64,000 nt of DNA from an uncultured Actinomycetota bacterium (lineage in GTDB: Bacteria; Actinomycetota; Actinomycetes; Propionibacteriales; Propionibacteriaceae), in the NCBI GenBank assembly GCA_963696135.1, contig CAVOJH010000019.1, positions 64,179-128,178 on the forward strand, read 5' to 3'. Position numbers and translations under genes: made by a program. The notes under the pieces were generated by a model that saw only the letters and a program-made list of their open reading frames with translations, was not told the origin of the DNA and ran no database searches. Shown here piece after piece: positions 50,813-61,263 of this stretch. Each line of letters starts with the position of its first letter. The first letter of the stretch is position 1.

Positions 50813-52417
50813 ATGAGTGACGAGCCGACCGACATCCGGCAGGCGATCACCGAAGGCCGTACCGCGCTCGGTATCGAACTCGGCTCGACCAGGATCAAGG
50901 CGGTGCTGATCGGGCCGGATCACGCCCCGCTGGCCACCGGAGGTCACAGTTGGGAGAACCAGTTCGTCGACCGACGGTGGACCTACTCCCTGGACGCGGT
51001 ATGGACCGGCATCCGGGAGAGCTACGCCGCCCTGGCCGCGGATGTCCGCCGGCAGTACGACGTGGAGCTGGCCACGATCGGGGCGCTGGGCGTCTCGGCC
51101 ATGATGCACGGCTACCTCGCCTTCGACCGCGACGGCGAGCTGCTCACCCCGTTCCGGACCTGGCGGAACACCAGCACCGGTCCGGCCGTGGCGGCCCTCA
51201 GTGAGGCCTTCGGTCACAACATCCCGCACCGCTGGAGCATCGCCCACCTCTACCAAGCGGTCCTCGACGCCGAGGAGCACGTCGGAGACGTCGCGCACCT
51301 GACCACCCTCGCCGGCTACGTCCACTGGCAGCTGACCGGGGAGCAGGTGCTCGGGGTCGGTGACGCCAGCGGCATGTTCCCGATCGACACGACCACCGGC
51401 ACCTACGACGCCGCCCTGATCACCACCTTCGACGACCTGGTCGCCGACCGCGTCCTGCCGTGGCGGCTGTCGGCTCTGCTGCCCACGATCCGGACCGCCG
51501 GCGAGGCGTCCGGTGAGCTGACCGAGGCCGGTGCCCGGAAGCTCGATCCGTCCGGCCTCCTGCGCCCCGGGGTGCCGCTGTGCCCGCCCGAGGGTGATGC
51601 CGGCACCGGCATGGTGGCCACCAACTCGGTCGCGCCGCGCACCGGCAACGTCAGCGCGGGCACCAGCATCTTCGCCATGGTGGTGCTCGAGCAGGCCCTC
51701 AGCCGGGTGCACCACGAGCTCGACCTCGTCACCACCCCGGCCGGCGACCTCGTCGCGATGGTGCACTGCAACAACGGCGCCAGCGAGCTGAACGCGTGGG
51801 TCGGGCTCTTCGCCGAGTTCGCCCGGGCCATCGGGGCCGACGCGGACACCTCGATGGTCTTCGAGACGCTGTTCCGCACCAGTCTGTGGGGGGAGCCGGA
51901 CGGTGGCGGGCTGCTGGCCTACAACTACCTCTCCGGCGAGCCGATCACCGGGCTCGAGGAGGGCCGGCCGCTGTTCCTGCGCACCCCGGACAGCACCTTC
52001 GACCTGGCCACCTTCATGCGCACCCAGCTCTATGCGGCGCTGGCCACCCTGCGGATCGGCATGGACGTGCTGACCAAGGACGAGGGCGTACCGCTCGACA
52101 CGATGTTCGCCCACGGTGGGCTGTTCACCACCCCGGGGGTCGCGCAGAAGTATCTCGCCGCCGCGATCGACACCCCGGTGTCGGTCGGCGACACCGCCTC
52201 CGAGGGAGGCGCCTGGGGCATCGCCGTGCTGGCGGCGTTCCTGGCCCGTCGGGCGCCGGAGCAGACCCTCGCCGACTACCTGGCGACCGAGGTGTTCGCC
52301 GGCGCGAACCTGGTCACGGTGCGCCCGGAGGCGGGCGACGTCGCCGGCTTCGACGCCTACATGCAGCGCTACCTGGCCGCCCTGCCGGTCCAGCGGGCAG
52401 CCGTCGAGTCCAGCTGA
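50813..52417 (+). CDS. FGGY-family carbohydrate kinase
   Basis: Actin-fold ATPase N-terminus '[14 protein letters not shown]' and C-terminal '[18 protein letters not shown]', about 534 aa. The substrate cannot be told from sequence alone. Confidence 0.8.
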   Translation: MSDEPTDIRQAITEGRTALGIELGSTRIKAVLIGPDHAPLATGGHSWENQFVDRRWTYSLDAVWTGIRESYAALAADVRRQYDVELATIGALGVSAMMHGYLAFDRDGELLTPFRTWRNTSTGPAVAALSEAFGHNIPHRWSIAHLYQAVLDAEEHVGDVAHLTTLAGYVHWQLTGEQVLGVGDASGMFPIDTTTGTYDAALITTFDDLVADRVLPWRLSALLPTIRTAGEASGELTEAGARKLDPSGLLRPGVPLCPPEGDAGTGMVATNSVAPRTGNVSAGTSIFAMVVLEQALSRVHHELDLVTTPAGDLVAMVHCNNGASELNAWVGLFAEFARAIGADADTSMVFETLFRTSLWGEPDGGGLLAYNYLSGEPITGLEEGRPLFLRTPDSTFDLATFMRTQLYAALATLRIGMDVLTKDEGVPLDTMFAHGGLFTTPGVAQKYLAAAIDTPVSVGDTASEGGAWGIAVLAAFLARRAPEQTLADYLATEVFAGANLVTVRPEAGDVAGFDAYMQRYLAALPVQRAAVESS

Positions 52418-52434
52418 CCTGACAGACTCCGATC

Positions 52435-53232
52435 ATGCTCCTCGAACTCACCGACAGGGTCGTCGTCATCACCGGCGCCGGTCGCGGCATCGGCCGGGCC
52501 ATCGCCGAATCCTTTCTGCGCGAGCGATCGCGGGTGATCGCGATCGACGTCAGCACCGAGGCACTGGCCTGGTTCGACGAGGCCCGCGAGGAGGCCGGGC
52601 TGGCGGGCAGGGCGTACGCCTGCGACGTCCGGGACACCGCTTCGGTGGCCGCCGTGGTCACCGACGTGGCCGAGCGCTTCGGCCGGATCGACGTGCTGAT
52701 CAACAACGCCGGGGTGATGGGCGAGGGGCTCATCACCGAGATCGACGACGAGACCTGGGACCGCTGCTTCGACGTCAACGTCGGCGGCGTGTTCAGGATG
52801 TGCCGAGCCGTCGCGCCGATCATGAAGCGGCAGAACTCGGGCCGCATCATCAACGCCGCTTCGTTCGCCGCCATCGTGCCCAGCATCGGCAGCGCCGCCT
52901 ACGCTGCCTCGAAGGCTGCCGTGGTGCAGCTGACCCGGACCTTGGCCGGCGAGCTGGGGCCCTGGAACATCACCGCCAACGCGTACGCCCCCGGGATGAT
53001 CCCGAGTGGCATCAACACGTTCGCCGAGATGGACCCCGCCGCCCAGGGGCGGTTGCTGGACACCCTGACGCTGCGGCGGTGGGGCGAGGCTGAGGAGGTG
53101 GCCGACCTGATCTGCTTCCTGGCCAGCGACGCCTCCCGCTACATCACCGGCACCCTGGTCGACGTCAGCGGCGGGAAGCTCGCCACCCAGCTCCCCCAGC
53201 GCGGTTACGAGATCGCCGGGCAGGAGTCGTGA
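52435..53232 (+). CDS. SDR-family oxidoreductase
   Basis: 'VVVITGAGRGIGRAIA', 'NNAG', and the 'YAASKAAV' catalytic YxxxK. Confidence 0.85.
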   Translation: MLLELTDRVVVITGAGRGIGRAIAESFLRERSRVIAIDVSTEALAWFDEAREEAGLAGRAYACDVRDTASVAAVVTDVAERFGRIDVLINNAGVMGEGLITEIDDETWDRCFDVNVGGVFRMCRAVAPIMKRQNSGRIINAASFAAIVPSIGSAAYAASKAAVVQLTRTLAGELGPWNITANAYAPGMIPSGINTFAEMDPAAQGRLLDTLTLRRWGEAEEVADLICFLASDASRYITGTLVDVSGGKLATQLPQRGYEIAGQES

Positions 53233-53984
53233 CCGCGTCGAGGCCGTCACCCGACGGTGCGCCAGATCAGGCTCGGGTCCTCTGGGTGACCGGAGCCGGC
53301 AGCGGGATGGGCCGGGCCGCGGCTGTCGCTGCCGCTCCCGGACGTCGGGTCGCGCTGAGCGGTCGCCGCCCCGAGCCGTTGGCGGAGACGGCCGCCCAGA
53401 TCGAACGGGCCGGCGGTGAGGCTCTGGTGCTGCCCCTGGATGCCCGGGACGGCGCCGCGGTGTCGGAGGCTCGCGCGGCGATCACGTCCGCCTGGGGTGG
53501 CGTCGACGACCTCGTCCTGTCGGCCGGGCTGAACACCCCGCAGCGGACCTGGGCCGACCAGTCGATCGCGGCCGTGGAGGAGGTGATCGCCACCAACCTG
53601 ACTGCGGTGGCCCGCACCGTCGACGCGGTGCTGCCGGACCTGCGGTCCCGCGGTGGCGGCCAGGTGGTGGTCGTGTCCTCGTACGCGGGGTGGCGCTACT
53701 CCCCGTACGCCGGAGTCGCTTACAGTGCGAGCAAATCCGCGCTGGCCTCGCTGTGCCAGACGCTCAACGCCCAGGAGGCCGAGCACGGCGTCCGCGCCTG
53801 CCACCTGTGTCCCGGTGACGTGGACACCGACTTCCTGGAGCACCGGCCCGTCGTCCCCGGAGCGGATTCCCGGGCGGTGATGCTCACCGCCGAGGACGTG
53901 GGTCGGGCGGTGCTGTTCGTGCTGGACTCGCCCGCGCACGTCCGGATCGACGAGCTGGTGATCAGCCCGCTGTCCCAGCACTGA
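53229..53984 (+). CDS. SDR-family oxidoreductase
   Basis: The GTG overlaps the upstream stop (GTGA). 'LWVTGAGSGMGRAAA' and 'YSASKSAL' (YxxxK). Confidence 0.85.
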   Translation: MTASRPSPDGAPDQARVLWVTGAGSGMGRAAAVAAAPGRRVALSGRRPEPLAETAAQIERAGGEALVLPLDARDGAAVSEARAAITSAWGGVDDLVLSAGLNTPQRTWADQSIAAVEEVIATNLTAVARTVDAVLPDLRSRGGGQVVVVSSYAGWRYSPYAGVAYSASKSALASLCQTLNAQEAEHGVRACHLCPGDVDTDFLEHRPVVPGADSRAVMLTAEDVGRAVLFVLDSPAHVRIDELVISPLSQH

Positions 53985-54088
53985 CAGCTGTCCCGACGCC
54001 GACTCGGGATGTTTGGTTTCCGTCGGGCCGGGTACGGATCGACCGACGGGGTTGGACCACGGCCTCGCGCCACCGAAGGGCGTACCCG

Positions 54089-55030
54089 ATGTACCTGCAT
54101 TCCGAGCTGCTGATCAACGAGATCGCCGTCGACGAGCCGGATCCCGCCGCCGCCAACGCGCTCCAGGAGGGTCTGGGCGGTCAGTTCGGTGAGATGCGGA
54201 CGATGATGCAGTACCTGTTCCAGAGCATCAACTTCCGAGGCGACAAGGCCAGCAAGCCCTACAAGGACCTGCTGCAGGGCGTCGGCACCGAGGAGATCAG
54301 TCACGTCGAGCTGATCGGCACCACCATCGCCCGCCTGCTGGACGGCTCACCGGAGTACCAGGGCAAGAAGTCCGACTCCGTGGACAAGCCGGGCGCGGCC
54401 GGGGCCACCCCGCTGAAGATCGCACTGGACACCGGCAACATCCACCACTTCCTGGTCGGCGCGCAGGGTGCTCTGCCGGTCGACGCGGTCGGCAACCCCT
54501 GGTCGGGGTCCTACGTCTACAACAGCGGCAACCTCGTGCTCGACCTGCTCTACAACCTGATGCTGGAGTCGACCGGGCGACTGCAGAAGTGCCGGATCTA
54601 CGAGATGACGGACAACAAGGCGGCGCGCTCGACGATCGCCTACCTGATCGTCCGCGACCAGGCCCACGAGAACGCCTTCGCCAAGGCGCTGGAGTCCCTC
54701 GGCGTGAACTGGGGCGGTGTGCTGCCGATCCCCAAGACCAACGCGGAGAAGTTCCCCGAGGTGAAGAAGCTGCTGGACAGGGGGCTGCAGAGCATCCAGT
54801 ACACCTTCTCCGCCGACGAGCAGAGCCAGGCCGCCAAGCTCTACCGCGGGGCCTCCCCGTCCAACGACGGGACCGAGCTGAGCACGGCGATCATGCCCGA
54901 CGGGGTGCCCATCACCATCGCCCCGGAGCGTCGGGAGGAGTTCTCGCCGGGCCTGGACGCCGAGCTGCTGAGTCTGATCCAGGCCACGGCCGAGATCGAG
55001 CTGAAGAACGCCGACACTCCCGGCGAGTGA
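54089..55030 (+). CDS. Manganese catalase
   Basis: 'GGQFGEMRTMMQYLFQ' and 'GTEEISHVELIGT' di-Mn ligand regions, plus 'VRDQAHENAF'. Confidence 0.9.
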   Translation: MYLHSELLINEIAVDEPDPAAANALQEGLGGQFGEMRTMMQYLFQSINFRGDKASKPYKDLLQGVGTEEISHVELIGTTIARLLDGSPEYQGKKSDSVDKPGAAGATPLKIALDTGNIHHFLVGAQGALPVDAVGNPWSGSYVYNSGNLVLDLLYNLMLESTGRLQKCRIYEMTDNKAARSTIAYLIVRDQAHENAFAKALESLGVNWGGVLPIPKTNAEKFPEVKKLLDRGLQSIQYTFSADEQSQAAKLYRGASPSNDGTELSTAIMPDGVPITIAPERREEFSPGLDAELLSLIQATAEIELKNADTPGE

Positions 55031-55054
55031 CCCCGTCGGACTCAGAGCAGTCGG

Positions 55055-57241
55055 CTAGAGCAGGTCGGCGAGCATCGCCGCGGCCCGCGCTGCGCCGTCG
55101 GTCTCGACCGGTGACGACGTCACCGGCACTGCGAGCACACCCAGCAGGGCGGCGACCAGGGCGTCTGGGTCGCGGGCCCGCTGGTAGTCGAGGCACACGC
55201 CGGCGCGATAGCGCTCCAGTCGCGCCCGGACGTGGAAGTTCTGCTCGAAGTGGTGGCGGAGCGGCACGTACACGAACGGTCGTGCGGCCGCCGTCAGCTC
55301 CATGCAGGTGCTCAGCCCGCCCTGCACGATGGCCACGTCACACGCCGCGATGAGGTCGACGAGATCGGCGCGGTAGCCGAGCACCTCGGCGCCGGCCGGT
55401 CTCGGCAGCCGATCGGGGTCGATCCGGGGACCGGCGACGACGACGAACCGCAGCTCGGGCGCCTCTCGACGGGCCGGCGGCACGGCGTCGAGCACGCGGC
55501 GTAGCAGTGCCTCGCCGACCCCGGAGCCGCCGACCGAGACCAGACAGATCCGTTCGTCCGGGCGGTAGCCGTACGCGGCCCGAAGCCGGGTCCGGTCGGC
55601 CTCGGTGGGAGGTGCCTGGTCGGTGACGTACCCCGCGAAGTCGAAGTTGCGCTCGGTCCAGCCCCGGATCTCGGGCAGGCCGGCACCGAACGCCCCGGCG
55701 ACGATGTCGTCGGGTTGCCCGACGAAGATCGACCGGTCCCGCAGCCGCCGGTAGCGCGCTCGCTGCTCGAGCATCTCCGCGTTGTAGTCGGCGGTCAGCG
55801 CGGCCTCGGCCTCGCCGCCGTCCGGCATCGGCAGCCACCCGACGAAGTCGGTCAACCACGCGTACGCGAACCGCTTCCGCTCCGGGTTCTCGTGCAGGAA
55901 GTAGTCGACGTCCCAAGCCTCGTCGCCGACCACGAGGTCGTAGCCGCCGTCGGCCACCACGTCGTCGAAGACCCCGAAGTTGTCGATCAGGATCTCGTCC
56001 ATCCGGCGGATGGCCTGGAAAGCGTGCAGGTCGTGGTCCAGTGCCTCGGACTCGATGTGGGCGGACTCGTTGGCCAGCCAGCGTGACGCGGGATGGATCT
56101 GCTCGCCGGCCCCGGCGAGCACCCGGGTGACCGGGTCCTGGGCCAGCCAGTCGATCACGATCTCCGGGTGCCGGGTGCGCAGCTCCCGGGCGATGGCGAG
56201 GTCCCGACGGGCGTGCCCCAGACCGATCGGTGAGCTCAGGTAGAGCACCCGTGGGCGACGCGACCGGGATCGGGTCCAGGTGCGGGCCAACGGTCGGGGC
56301 AGCACCCGTTCCACCAGCGCCCGGATCTCGGTGTTGACCAGCACCGGCTCCCGGGCCAGCGGTCCGTGCCCGACCCCCTCGAGCTCGATCAGGTCACCAC
56401 CGGTGAGCTCGGCCAGCTGTCGCGCGGTGGCGATCGGACGGATCCGGTCCTCCAGGCCGTGCATGATCACCACCGGACAGCTGACCGCCGCGCAGACCGG
56501 TTCGATCGACGGGCAGATCGCCCCGTCGCAGCCGAGCCGGCCGTCGGTGCACGCGATCACGATCTCGGGATCGGCCTCCAGGGCCCACCCCGTCAGGTCC
56601 TCGATCTGCTTGGTGGAGTGCGGCTCCGGGAAGAACTGGGACATGAAGAACTCGACGAAGTCCGGGTAGCCGCCGCGCCGCCAGTAGTCCCGGTTGTACT
56701 TCGCCCAGCCCTCGCTGGCGTCGTAGACCTGATCCCAGGCGTAGACCTCGCGCTCCGGGTGGGCGGACCCGAGCCCGCAGGACGGGGCGATCGCGAACAG
56801 GCCAGCCACCCGCTCGGGATGACGGGCCGCCGCGTGCAGGGCGTACGTGACTCCACAGGAGAGCCCGACCAGGACGGCGACGTCCACCCCGACGGCGTCC
56901 AGGACCGCGATCGCGTCCTCACCGAACTCGTCGTCGGCGTAGTACCGCGCCTCGGTCGGCCGGTCGGACCTGCCGCAGCCCCGACCGTCGAAGGTGATCA
57001 CGTCGAAGTGCCGCGACAGATAGCCGATCTGGGCCTTCCAGACCCGCGAGTCGACGATCGACCAGGTAGGCATCAACAGCACTGTCGGCCGATCCGACTC
57101 GCCGCCGGCACCGATCCCGTAGCGGGACCACGCCAAGCGGATCCCGCCGCGGACCGCCCAGCCCTGGGCATCCGGTTCACGGGCACGCCCTGAGGGGCGG
57201 CCCACCGCGTGGACCGCCACCTCCGATGACGTCTGGGTCAC
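55055..57241 (-). CDS. Fusion protein: N-terminal alpha/beta-hydrolase + C-terminal GT-B glycosyltransferase (MurG/GT28-like)
   Basis: The N-terminal roughly 300 aa carry 'VLLMPTW', 'FDGRGCGRSD' and the nucleophile elbow 'GLSCG'. The C-terminal roughly 400 aa carry 'VLYLSSPIGLGHARRDLAIAREL' and 'VQGGLSTCMELTAAARPFVYVP'. It is a single uninterrupted 728-codon frame. The GTG start overlaps the upstream stop. Confidence 0.75.
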   Translation of the reverse strand: MTQTSSEVAVHAVGRPSGRAREPDAQGWAVRGGIRLAWSRYGIGAGGESDRPTVLLMPTWSIVDSRVWKAQIGYLSRHFDVITFDGRGCGRSDRPTEARYYADDEFGEDAIAVLDAVGVDVAVLVGLSCGVTYALHAAARHPERVAGLFAIAPSCGLGSAHPEREVYAWDQVYDASEGWAKYNRDYWRRGGYPDFVEFFMSQFFPEPHSTKQIEDLTGWALEADPEIVIACTDGRLGCDGAICPSIEPVCAAVSCPVVIMHGLEDRIRPIATARQLAELTGGDLIELEGVGHGPLAREPVLVNTEIRALVERVLPRPLARTWTRSRSRRPRVLYLSSPIGLGHARRDLAIARELRTRHPEIVIDWLAQDPVTRVLAGAGEQIHPASRWLANESAHIESEALDHDLHAFQAIRRMDEILIDNFGVFDDVVADGGYDLVVGDEAWDVDYFLHENPERKRFAYAWLTDFVGWLPMPDGGEAEAALTADYNAEMLEQRARYRRLRDRSIFVGQPDDIVAGAFGAGLPEIRGWTERNFDFAGYVTDQAPPTEADRTRLRAAYGYRPDERICLVSVGGSGVGEALLRRVLDAVPPARREAPELRFVVVAGPRIDPDRLPRPAGAEVLGYRADLVDLIAACDVAIVQGGLSTCMELTAAARPFVYVPLRHHFEQNFHVRARLERYRAGVCLDYQRARDPDALVAALLGVLAVPVTSSPVETDGAARAAAMLADLL

Positions 57242-58323
57242 TTACGCACCTCGAACACATTGTTGAACGGAGTGCTGGCCACCGTCGAGAACCTGGTGAA
57301 CCCGGCCGCCACGGTGACGTCTCGGATCCGGGCCGGACCGGCCTGAGTGCCCAGCGCCAGGCCCGGGCTCTGGGAAAGCGAGGCCGGGGTGCAGAGGAGC
57401 GTGGAGAACCCGTAGTAGACCCGACCGACCGGATTCAGGTTGTCCTCGATGTGGTCGCCGGCGATCGGCTCGACGACCATCCAGGTGCCCTCCGCGTCGA
57501 GGGCCTCGAAGACCTGCCGCGCCGCACCGACCGGGTCGCCCATGTCGTGCAGGGCGTCGAACGTGGTCACCAGATCGAAACCGCGGCCGGCGAATCCCGT
57601 CGCCGGGGCCACCTCGAAGGTGATCCGGTCCGCTACCCCGGCCGCCGCGGCACGCTGCCGCGCGGTCTCGATCGACGCTCGGTGATAGTCCGAGCCGACG
57701 AACTCCGAGCCCGGGAACGCCGCGGCCATCAGCACCGTCGAGGCGCCGAAGCCACAGCCGATGTCGGCCACTCGTCCTCCGCGCCGCAGCTTGTCGACCA
57801 CGCCGTCCAGGGCCGGCAGCCAGGCGTCCACGAGGTTGGCGAGGTAGCCGGGCCGGAAGAACCGCTCGCAGCCCTCGTGCACGTCGGAGTTGTGATCGTG
57901 CCAGCCCAGGCCGTCCCCGCTCCGGGCCAGCTCGATGATCCGGGAGGAGTCCCGGACGGTGCCGATCGCGATCTGGAAGAGACCGGGCAGGAACGCCGGA
58001 CTCGACTCGTCGGTCAACGCGATCGCGTACTCCGGGCACAGGGCGTACGTTCCCGACGCGGGGTCGTACGTCACGTACTGCCCGGCGGCCTGCGCGTTCA
58101 ACCACTCCCGCGCGTACTTGTCACCGGTCGAGGTCCGTTGAGCCAGCTCGGCCGCGCCGATCGGCCCGTGCTCGGCCAGGGCCCGGTAGTAGCCGAGCTG
58201 GTCGCCCATCACCACCAGGGCGGCGTTGAGGGCCGCGCCGACCTCGTCCACCGCACGGAAGACGAAGGCCATCAGCTTGTCGGGGTCGATGGTCATGGTT
58301 GGGGTCTGCTCGTCGACGGTCAT
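57238..58323 (-). CDS. Class I SAM-dependent methyltransferase with N-terminal winged-helix-like domain
   Basis: Motif I 'VADIGCGFGAST' and post-I 'FVGSDYH'. The stop overlaps the start of the hydrolase-GT fusion (GTGA). Confidence 0.8.
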   Translation of the reverse strand: MTVDEQTPTMTIDPDKLMAFVFRAVDEVGAALNAALVVMGDQLGYYRALAEHGPIGAAELAQRTSTGDKYAREWLNAQAAGQYVTYDPASGTYALCPEYAIALTDESSPAFLPGLFQIAIGTVRDSSRIIELARSGDGLGWHDHNSDVHEGCERFFRPGYLANLVDAWLPALDGVVDKLRRGGRVADIGCGFGASTVLMAAAFPGSEFVGSDYHRASIETARQRAAAAGVADRITFEVAPATGFAGRGFDLVTTFDALHDMGDPVGAARQVFEALDAEGTWMVVEPIAGDHIEDNLNPVGRVYYGFSTLLCTPASLSQSPGLALGTQAGPARIRDVTVAAGFTRFSTVASTPFNNVFEVRK

Positions 58324-58524
58324 CGGTGTGGTCCTGTCCGTTCCGGGCGGCGGAGTTGCCGCTGGGTCCAGCGTCGGTTCGACCGGGGCCGCGGCGCATC
58401 AGGTGGGGCACCTGGTGGTGTATCCCCCGACCCCTGGGTGTCCTCCTGATCGGGGGTCGAACCCGGGCCGGTGACCAGCCGTACGCGGTACATTCGGCCG
58501 AGGCGAGCGGGGAGCACACGGGGG

Positions 58525-61242
58525 ATGTTGGTCGGTCGTGACGCGGAGCGGCACCTGCTCGACGCCTTGTTGGCGGGTGCCCGGCTCGGTCAGAGCGGCG
58601 TGCTGATCGTCACCGGCGAGGCCGGGATCGGGAAGACGGCCCTGCTGGACCAGGTCCGGGCGAGCGCCGAGGACATCCAGGTGCTCAGTGTCACCGGTAC
58701 CGAGCCCGAACGAGACCTTCCCTTCGCGGGTCTGGCCCAGCTGCTCCGGGTCACGCAGGCGGACCTCGCCCACCTGCCGCCGCCTCAGGCGGAGGCGCTG
58801 GGGGTCGCTCTCGCGTTGTCCCCGGGCGACGCCGCGGACCGCTTCGCCGTCGGTGCGGGGCTGCTGACCCTGCTCAGTCAGCGGAGCGAAGTGTCGCCGC
58901 TCTGTCTGATCATCGACGACGCCCACCAGCTGGATCCGCCCTCGCAGGACGCCCTGCTGTTCGTCGCCCGGCGACTGCTCGCCGACGCCATCGCGGTGAT
59001 CGTCGCGTTCCGCGAGGGCGAGCCGTGCCGGCTGGCAGGAGCCGGGCTTCCGCAGCTGACCCTGACCGGCATCGACCCCGAGGCGACCGGCGCCCTGGTC
59101 CGGGCGGAGCTCGGCGAACCGGGGAGCCGTCTGGTGGAGCAGGTCATCGCCTTGTCGGTCGGCAACCCCCTGGCCATTCGCGAGCTGATCGCCGATCCCG
59201 GCGCCCTGACCGCATCGCCGGCCGAGTTCCCCCGACCGCTGTCGGTGTCGTTGGGCCAGGTGTATGCCCGCCGCGCGACCGAGCTCGACCCCGAGGCGCT
59301 GACGGCCGCACGGTGCGCGGCGGTCGCCGGCCACGAGCTGGCCGTGGTCGCCCGGGCCTGCGCCGACCTCGGGGTCGACATCTCGGCCCTCGAACGGGTG
59401 GAGGCGATGGGTTTGCTCACCGTCGACGCGGATGAGGTGCGGTTTCGGCACCCGCTCGTCCGGTCGGCGTTGTACGCCACCGCCACCCCGTCCGAACGGC
59501 GTCGACTGCACGCCGCCGCCGCGCGTGCCGTGGACGATCGCGATGACGACCGGCGCGCCTGGCATCTCAGCGAAGCCGTGCTCGGCGCCGACGAACCGAC
59601 GGCTGCTGCGATGGAACGCGTCGCCCAGCGAGCCGCGGACCGGGCCGCGTACGCGGTGGCCGCCAGCGGTGCCGAGCGGGCCGCCGCACTGTCCCCCGCC
59701 GTCCCGGACCAGGCTCGCCGGCTGCTGGCCGCCGGGACCTGGGCGTGGCTCGGGGGCAGCACCGACGACGCCCGGCAGACGCTGGGACGCGTCGCCGAGA
59801 TCACCCGCTCCCCCACGATCCGGGCCCGCGCCCGGCACCTCCTCGGGGTCATCGCCGCGCGCAGCGGTTCGGTCGAGCAGGCACGTGACATCCTGCTCCG
59901 GGCCGCCGCCGAGGCGACCCAGTCGACTGACGCGCTCACCAGCCTCGCCGAGGCGGTCGACGTCTGCTTCCTGTTGGGTGATGCCGCCACCGCGGTCACC
60001 GTCGCCCGCGAGATCGACTCGCTGCTCCCGGAGGCCGACGACCCCGCCCGGGCCCGCGGGTCGATCGCTGCCGGCTGCGCACGGATCCTCGCCGGCGAAG
60101 ACGGCCACGGCCAGATCCAGGACGGCCTCGATCGGCTTCGCTCGGCCGCGGTCGGCGAAAGGGAGCCCACCCTGGCCGGTTGGGAGGTGATCGGCCGGCT
60201 GTTCCTCCGCGACTCCCGGTCCGCTCGCGATCAGCTGACAGCGGCGGTCAGCGATCGACGGGGACGCTCGGCGATCGGCGAGCTGCCCCATCTGCTGTTC
60301 CATCTCGCCCGGGACGCCGCGGCGAGTGACCGGTGGGACCTGGCGGAGGCGGACTACGGCGAAGCCGTCACCCTGGCCCGGGAGCTGGGACAGAGCACCG
60401 AGCTCACCGCCGCCGTTGCGGGGCTGGCCTGGCTGGACGCCCGCCGCGGCCGGGTCGCCTCGGCGACGGCGTACGCCGCCGAGGCGCTCGAGCTGGCCGA
60501 ACGACACCAGGTACACGTGATGGAGATCTGGGCCCGGCTGGCCCAGGCCGACCTCGCGTACGGACTGGGCGAGGTGGCGGTGGCGCTCGATCACTACCAG
60601 GGCGTCGCTGCCCGGCTCGATGAGCTGGGGTTGCGCGACATCGACCTGTCGCCGGTGCCGGAGATCGTGGAGTGCCAGCTCCGCCTGGGCCACACCGCTC
60701 GACTCGTCGAGCTGGCGGCCGAGCACCACCGGCGCGCCGAGGTCAAAGGGCAACCGTGGGCACGGGCGCGGGCCGCCCGCACCGCCGCACTGCTGTCGGC
60801 GGACGCCGAGCTCGACCCTGCGTTCGCCGTTGCCCTCGCCCTGCACGACGCGACCGTCGACGGCTATGAGCGTGCCCGGACCCAGCTCGCGTACGGCGCC
60901 CGCTTGCGACGCGCCCGCCGCCGGATCGATGCGCGAGCGGTCCTCCAGCCGGCGCTGGAGACGTTCGTCCGACTCGGTGCCCAGCCGTGGGCGGACGCGA
61001 CGGCCGACGAGCTGGCGGCGACCGGGGCGTCCGTGTCCCGGCCGGACCACAGCCCGACGGCCCGCCTGACCCCCCGCGAGCTGCAGATCGCCATGCTGCT
61101 GACCGAGGGTCGGACCACCCGCGAGGCCGCGAGCGCGCTCTTCCTCAGCCCGAAGACGGTGGAATACCACCTGCGCAACATCTACATCAAGCTCGACATC
61201 GGCTCCCGCGCCGAGCTCGCCGAGCAGCTGGACCGCGGGTAG
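58525..61242 (+). CDS. LAL-type (large ATP-binding LuxR family) transcriptional regulator
   Basis: Walker A 'GEAGIGKTAL' and Walker B 'LCLIIDDAHQLD', a long TPR-like middle region, and the C-terminal LuxR HTH 'LTPRELQIAMLLTEGRTTREAASALFLSPKTVEYHL'. The ATG at 58525 is preferred. Confidence 0.85.
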   Translation: MLVGRDAERHLLDALLAGARLGQSGVLIVTGEAGIGKTALLDQVRASAEDIQVLSVTGTEPERDLPFAGLAQLLRVTQADLAHLPPPQAEALGVALALSPGDAADRFAVGAGLLTLLSQRSEVSPLCLIIDDAHQLDPPSQDALLFVARRLLADAIAVIVAFREGEPCRLAGAGLPQLTLTGIDPEATGALVRAELGEPGSRLVEQVIALSVGNPLAIRELIADPGALTASPAEFPRPLSVSLGQVYARRATELDPEALTAARCAAVAGHELAVVARACADLGVDISALERVEAMGLLTVDADEVRFRHPLVRSALYATATPSERRRLHAAAARAVDDRDDDRRAWHLSEAVLGADEPTAAAMERVAQRAADRAAYAVAASGAERAAALSPAVPDQARRLLAAGTWAWLGGSTDDARQTLGRVAEITRSPTIRARARHLLGVIAARSGSVEQARDILLRAAAEATQSTDALTSLAEAVDVCFLLGDAATAVTVAREIDSLLPEADDPARARGSIAAGCARILAGEDGHGQIQDGLDRLRSAAVGEREPTLAGWEVIGRLFLRDSRSARDQLTAAVSDRRGRSAIGELPHLLFHLARDAAASDRWDLAEADYGEAVTLARELGQSTELTAAVAGLAWLDARRGRVASATAYAAEALELAERHQVHVMEIWARLAQADLAYGLGEVAVALDHYQGVAARLDELGLRDIDLSPVPEIVECQLRLGHTARLVELAAEHHRRAEVKGQPWARARAARTAALLSADAELDPAFAVALALHDATVDGYERARTQLAYGARLRRARRRIDARAVLQPALETFVRLGAQPWADATADELAATGASVSRPDHSPTARLTPRELQIAMLLTEGRTTREAASALFLSPKTVEYHLRNIYIKLDIGSRAELAEQLDRG

Positions 61243-61263
61243 CCGTCACGACCGGAGATCGCA

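Noticed and set aside
58455-58476. tRNA T-arm-like sequence GGGGGTCGAACCCGGGCC
   Set aside because: The loop is 5 nt rather than 7, and no acceptor, D or anticodon arms can be built around it. It sits in a divergent promoter region.
58399-61170. 923-aa minus-strand ORF mirroring the 923-aa LAL regulator ORF almost exactly
   Set aside because: The plus-strand frame carries Walker A/B and a LuxR HTH. The antisense frame has no motifs and an Arg/Gly/Pro-biased composition. The equal length is a by-product of GC3-biased codon usage that suppresses stops in the antisense frame.
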